64,000 bases of DNA from Octopus sinensis (taxonomy: Eukaryota): assembly GCF_006345805.1 (NCBI RefSeq), contig NC_043000.1:56482001-56546000 (forward strand), given 5' to 3'. Position numbers and translations under genes: made by a program. The notes beneath the pieces were generated by a model. The model was not told the DNA's origin. It ran no database searches and saw only the letters and a program-made list of their open reading frames with translations. Below, piece by piece: positions 62,967-64,000 of this stretch. The first letter of the stretch is position 1. Each line of letters begins with the position of its first letter.

Positions 62967-63913
62967 GTGGTTGTGTCTGGTAGGGGAGAAGTAGAAGTAA
63001 AGGAGTGGGGGCAACCAAACAAACCAAAAAAAAGGCAAAAAGAAAAGGAGCAAAGGGTGAATAAATGCTTAGACACTGACAGGCAGTGCAAGAACCCACT
63101 TCTCTCATCTCTGGTCATCTACCAGTTCCAAGGTTGGTGAGACAGGAAGAGGAGAAGAAAGAAATATATTACATACACACACATGCACACACTCAGAGAA
63201 ACATATAAATATGCGTGTGTATATCTATCTACATATATATCATCATCATCATCATATGTAGATAGATATACACACACACATACATGCATATAGATACACA
63301 CACACATATACCTATAAACAATCTTGCAATCATGAATCATTTCTCATCACAGAATGAAATTCATTATACCACGCAAAAAGAAAGGAAGAAAGATTGTTTA
63401 AAACAAGAAAAAAAAATGGAAACAAGTACAAACACACATACACACACATACACACACACACACACATACACACACAGACACACACATACACACAACCAAC
63501 GAAACAAAAAAGACCTTATTACTACAAAGAAGAAGGCAAACCATATATATAGAAACATATTGGTAATGATAGGATATGGCAAGGTACTATACTCATTGAC
63601 TTACAACAACATCAACTACAACAACAGCAGCAACAACAACAACAGCAGAAGCAGCAGCAGCAGCAGCAGCAAGGTAGACTCTATTACAATTAATGAATGA
63701 CTTGCAGTGATGGCCATCTATTGTAGAGGGAAGGCAGGGGCGAAGAGGAGGAGAAGGAGTAAGCAGAGGACAGGAAACGGCAATTATATAACCAAAAAAA
63801 AGGAAAAAACAAAATGTAGTAGGTAGAATTTGGAACCCAACAGATAGAGAATAGAAATGATTATGCAACATTCAGCCTATTAATATGATTGTTTTTGTTT
63901 TTTGACTATTTCT

Positions 63914-63914
<1 letters not shown>

Positions 63915-64000
<86 letters not shown>
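63915..64000. repeat. (TA)n microsatellite
   Basis: Direct inspection. Confidence 0.97.

Overview
AT-rich, repeat-saturated eukaryotic DNA. The SINE and LINE families and the dense (TA)/(CA)/(TATG)/(TAA) microsatellites point to a coleoid cephalopod, most likely Octopus; this is recognition from memory, not a database search. I see no intact protein-coding gene, rRNA, true tRNA or CRISPR array. Nearly all ORFs in the track are microsatellite or antisense-repeat artefacts, and the window looks intronic or intergenic. Supported content: (i) three tRNA-headed SINE families (called A, B and D here) in dozens of copies; (ii) LINE remnants of RTE (body, many 3' ends, a 5' UTR), Dong/R4 (two RLE C-termini with TAA tails), L1/Tx1 RT, L2/CR1 (two) and a Penelope GIY-YIG fragment; (iii) DNA transposon remnants and MITEs (mariner, pogo-like, piggyBac-like TTAA, hAT-like, Chapaev-like, Helentron/HINE-like); (iv) unclassified dispersed repeats (E, F, G). 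The most interesting signals are three dispersed minimal type-I hammerhead-ribozyme-like motifs with covarying stems and a shared non-canonical core position 6; a cluster of elements in (TAA)n arrays (Dong plus an unclassified 558-bp element); two back-to-back fold-back palindromes at 19.3-19.9 kb; an old inverted duplication with ~0.85-kb arms; and a poly(A)-tailed insertion carrying a perfect 250-bp tandem repeat. None is proven novel. Repeat boundaries were read by eye and are approximate unless a TSD or TIR is quoted.
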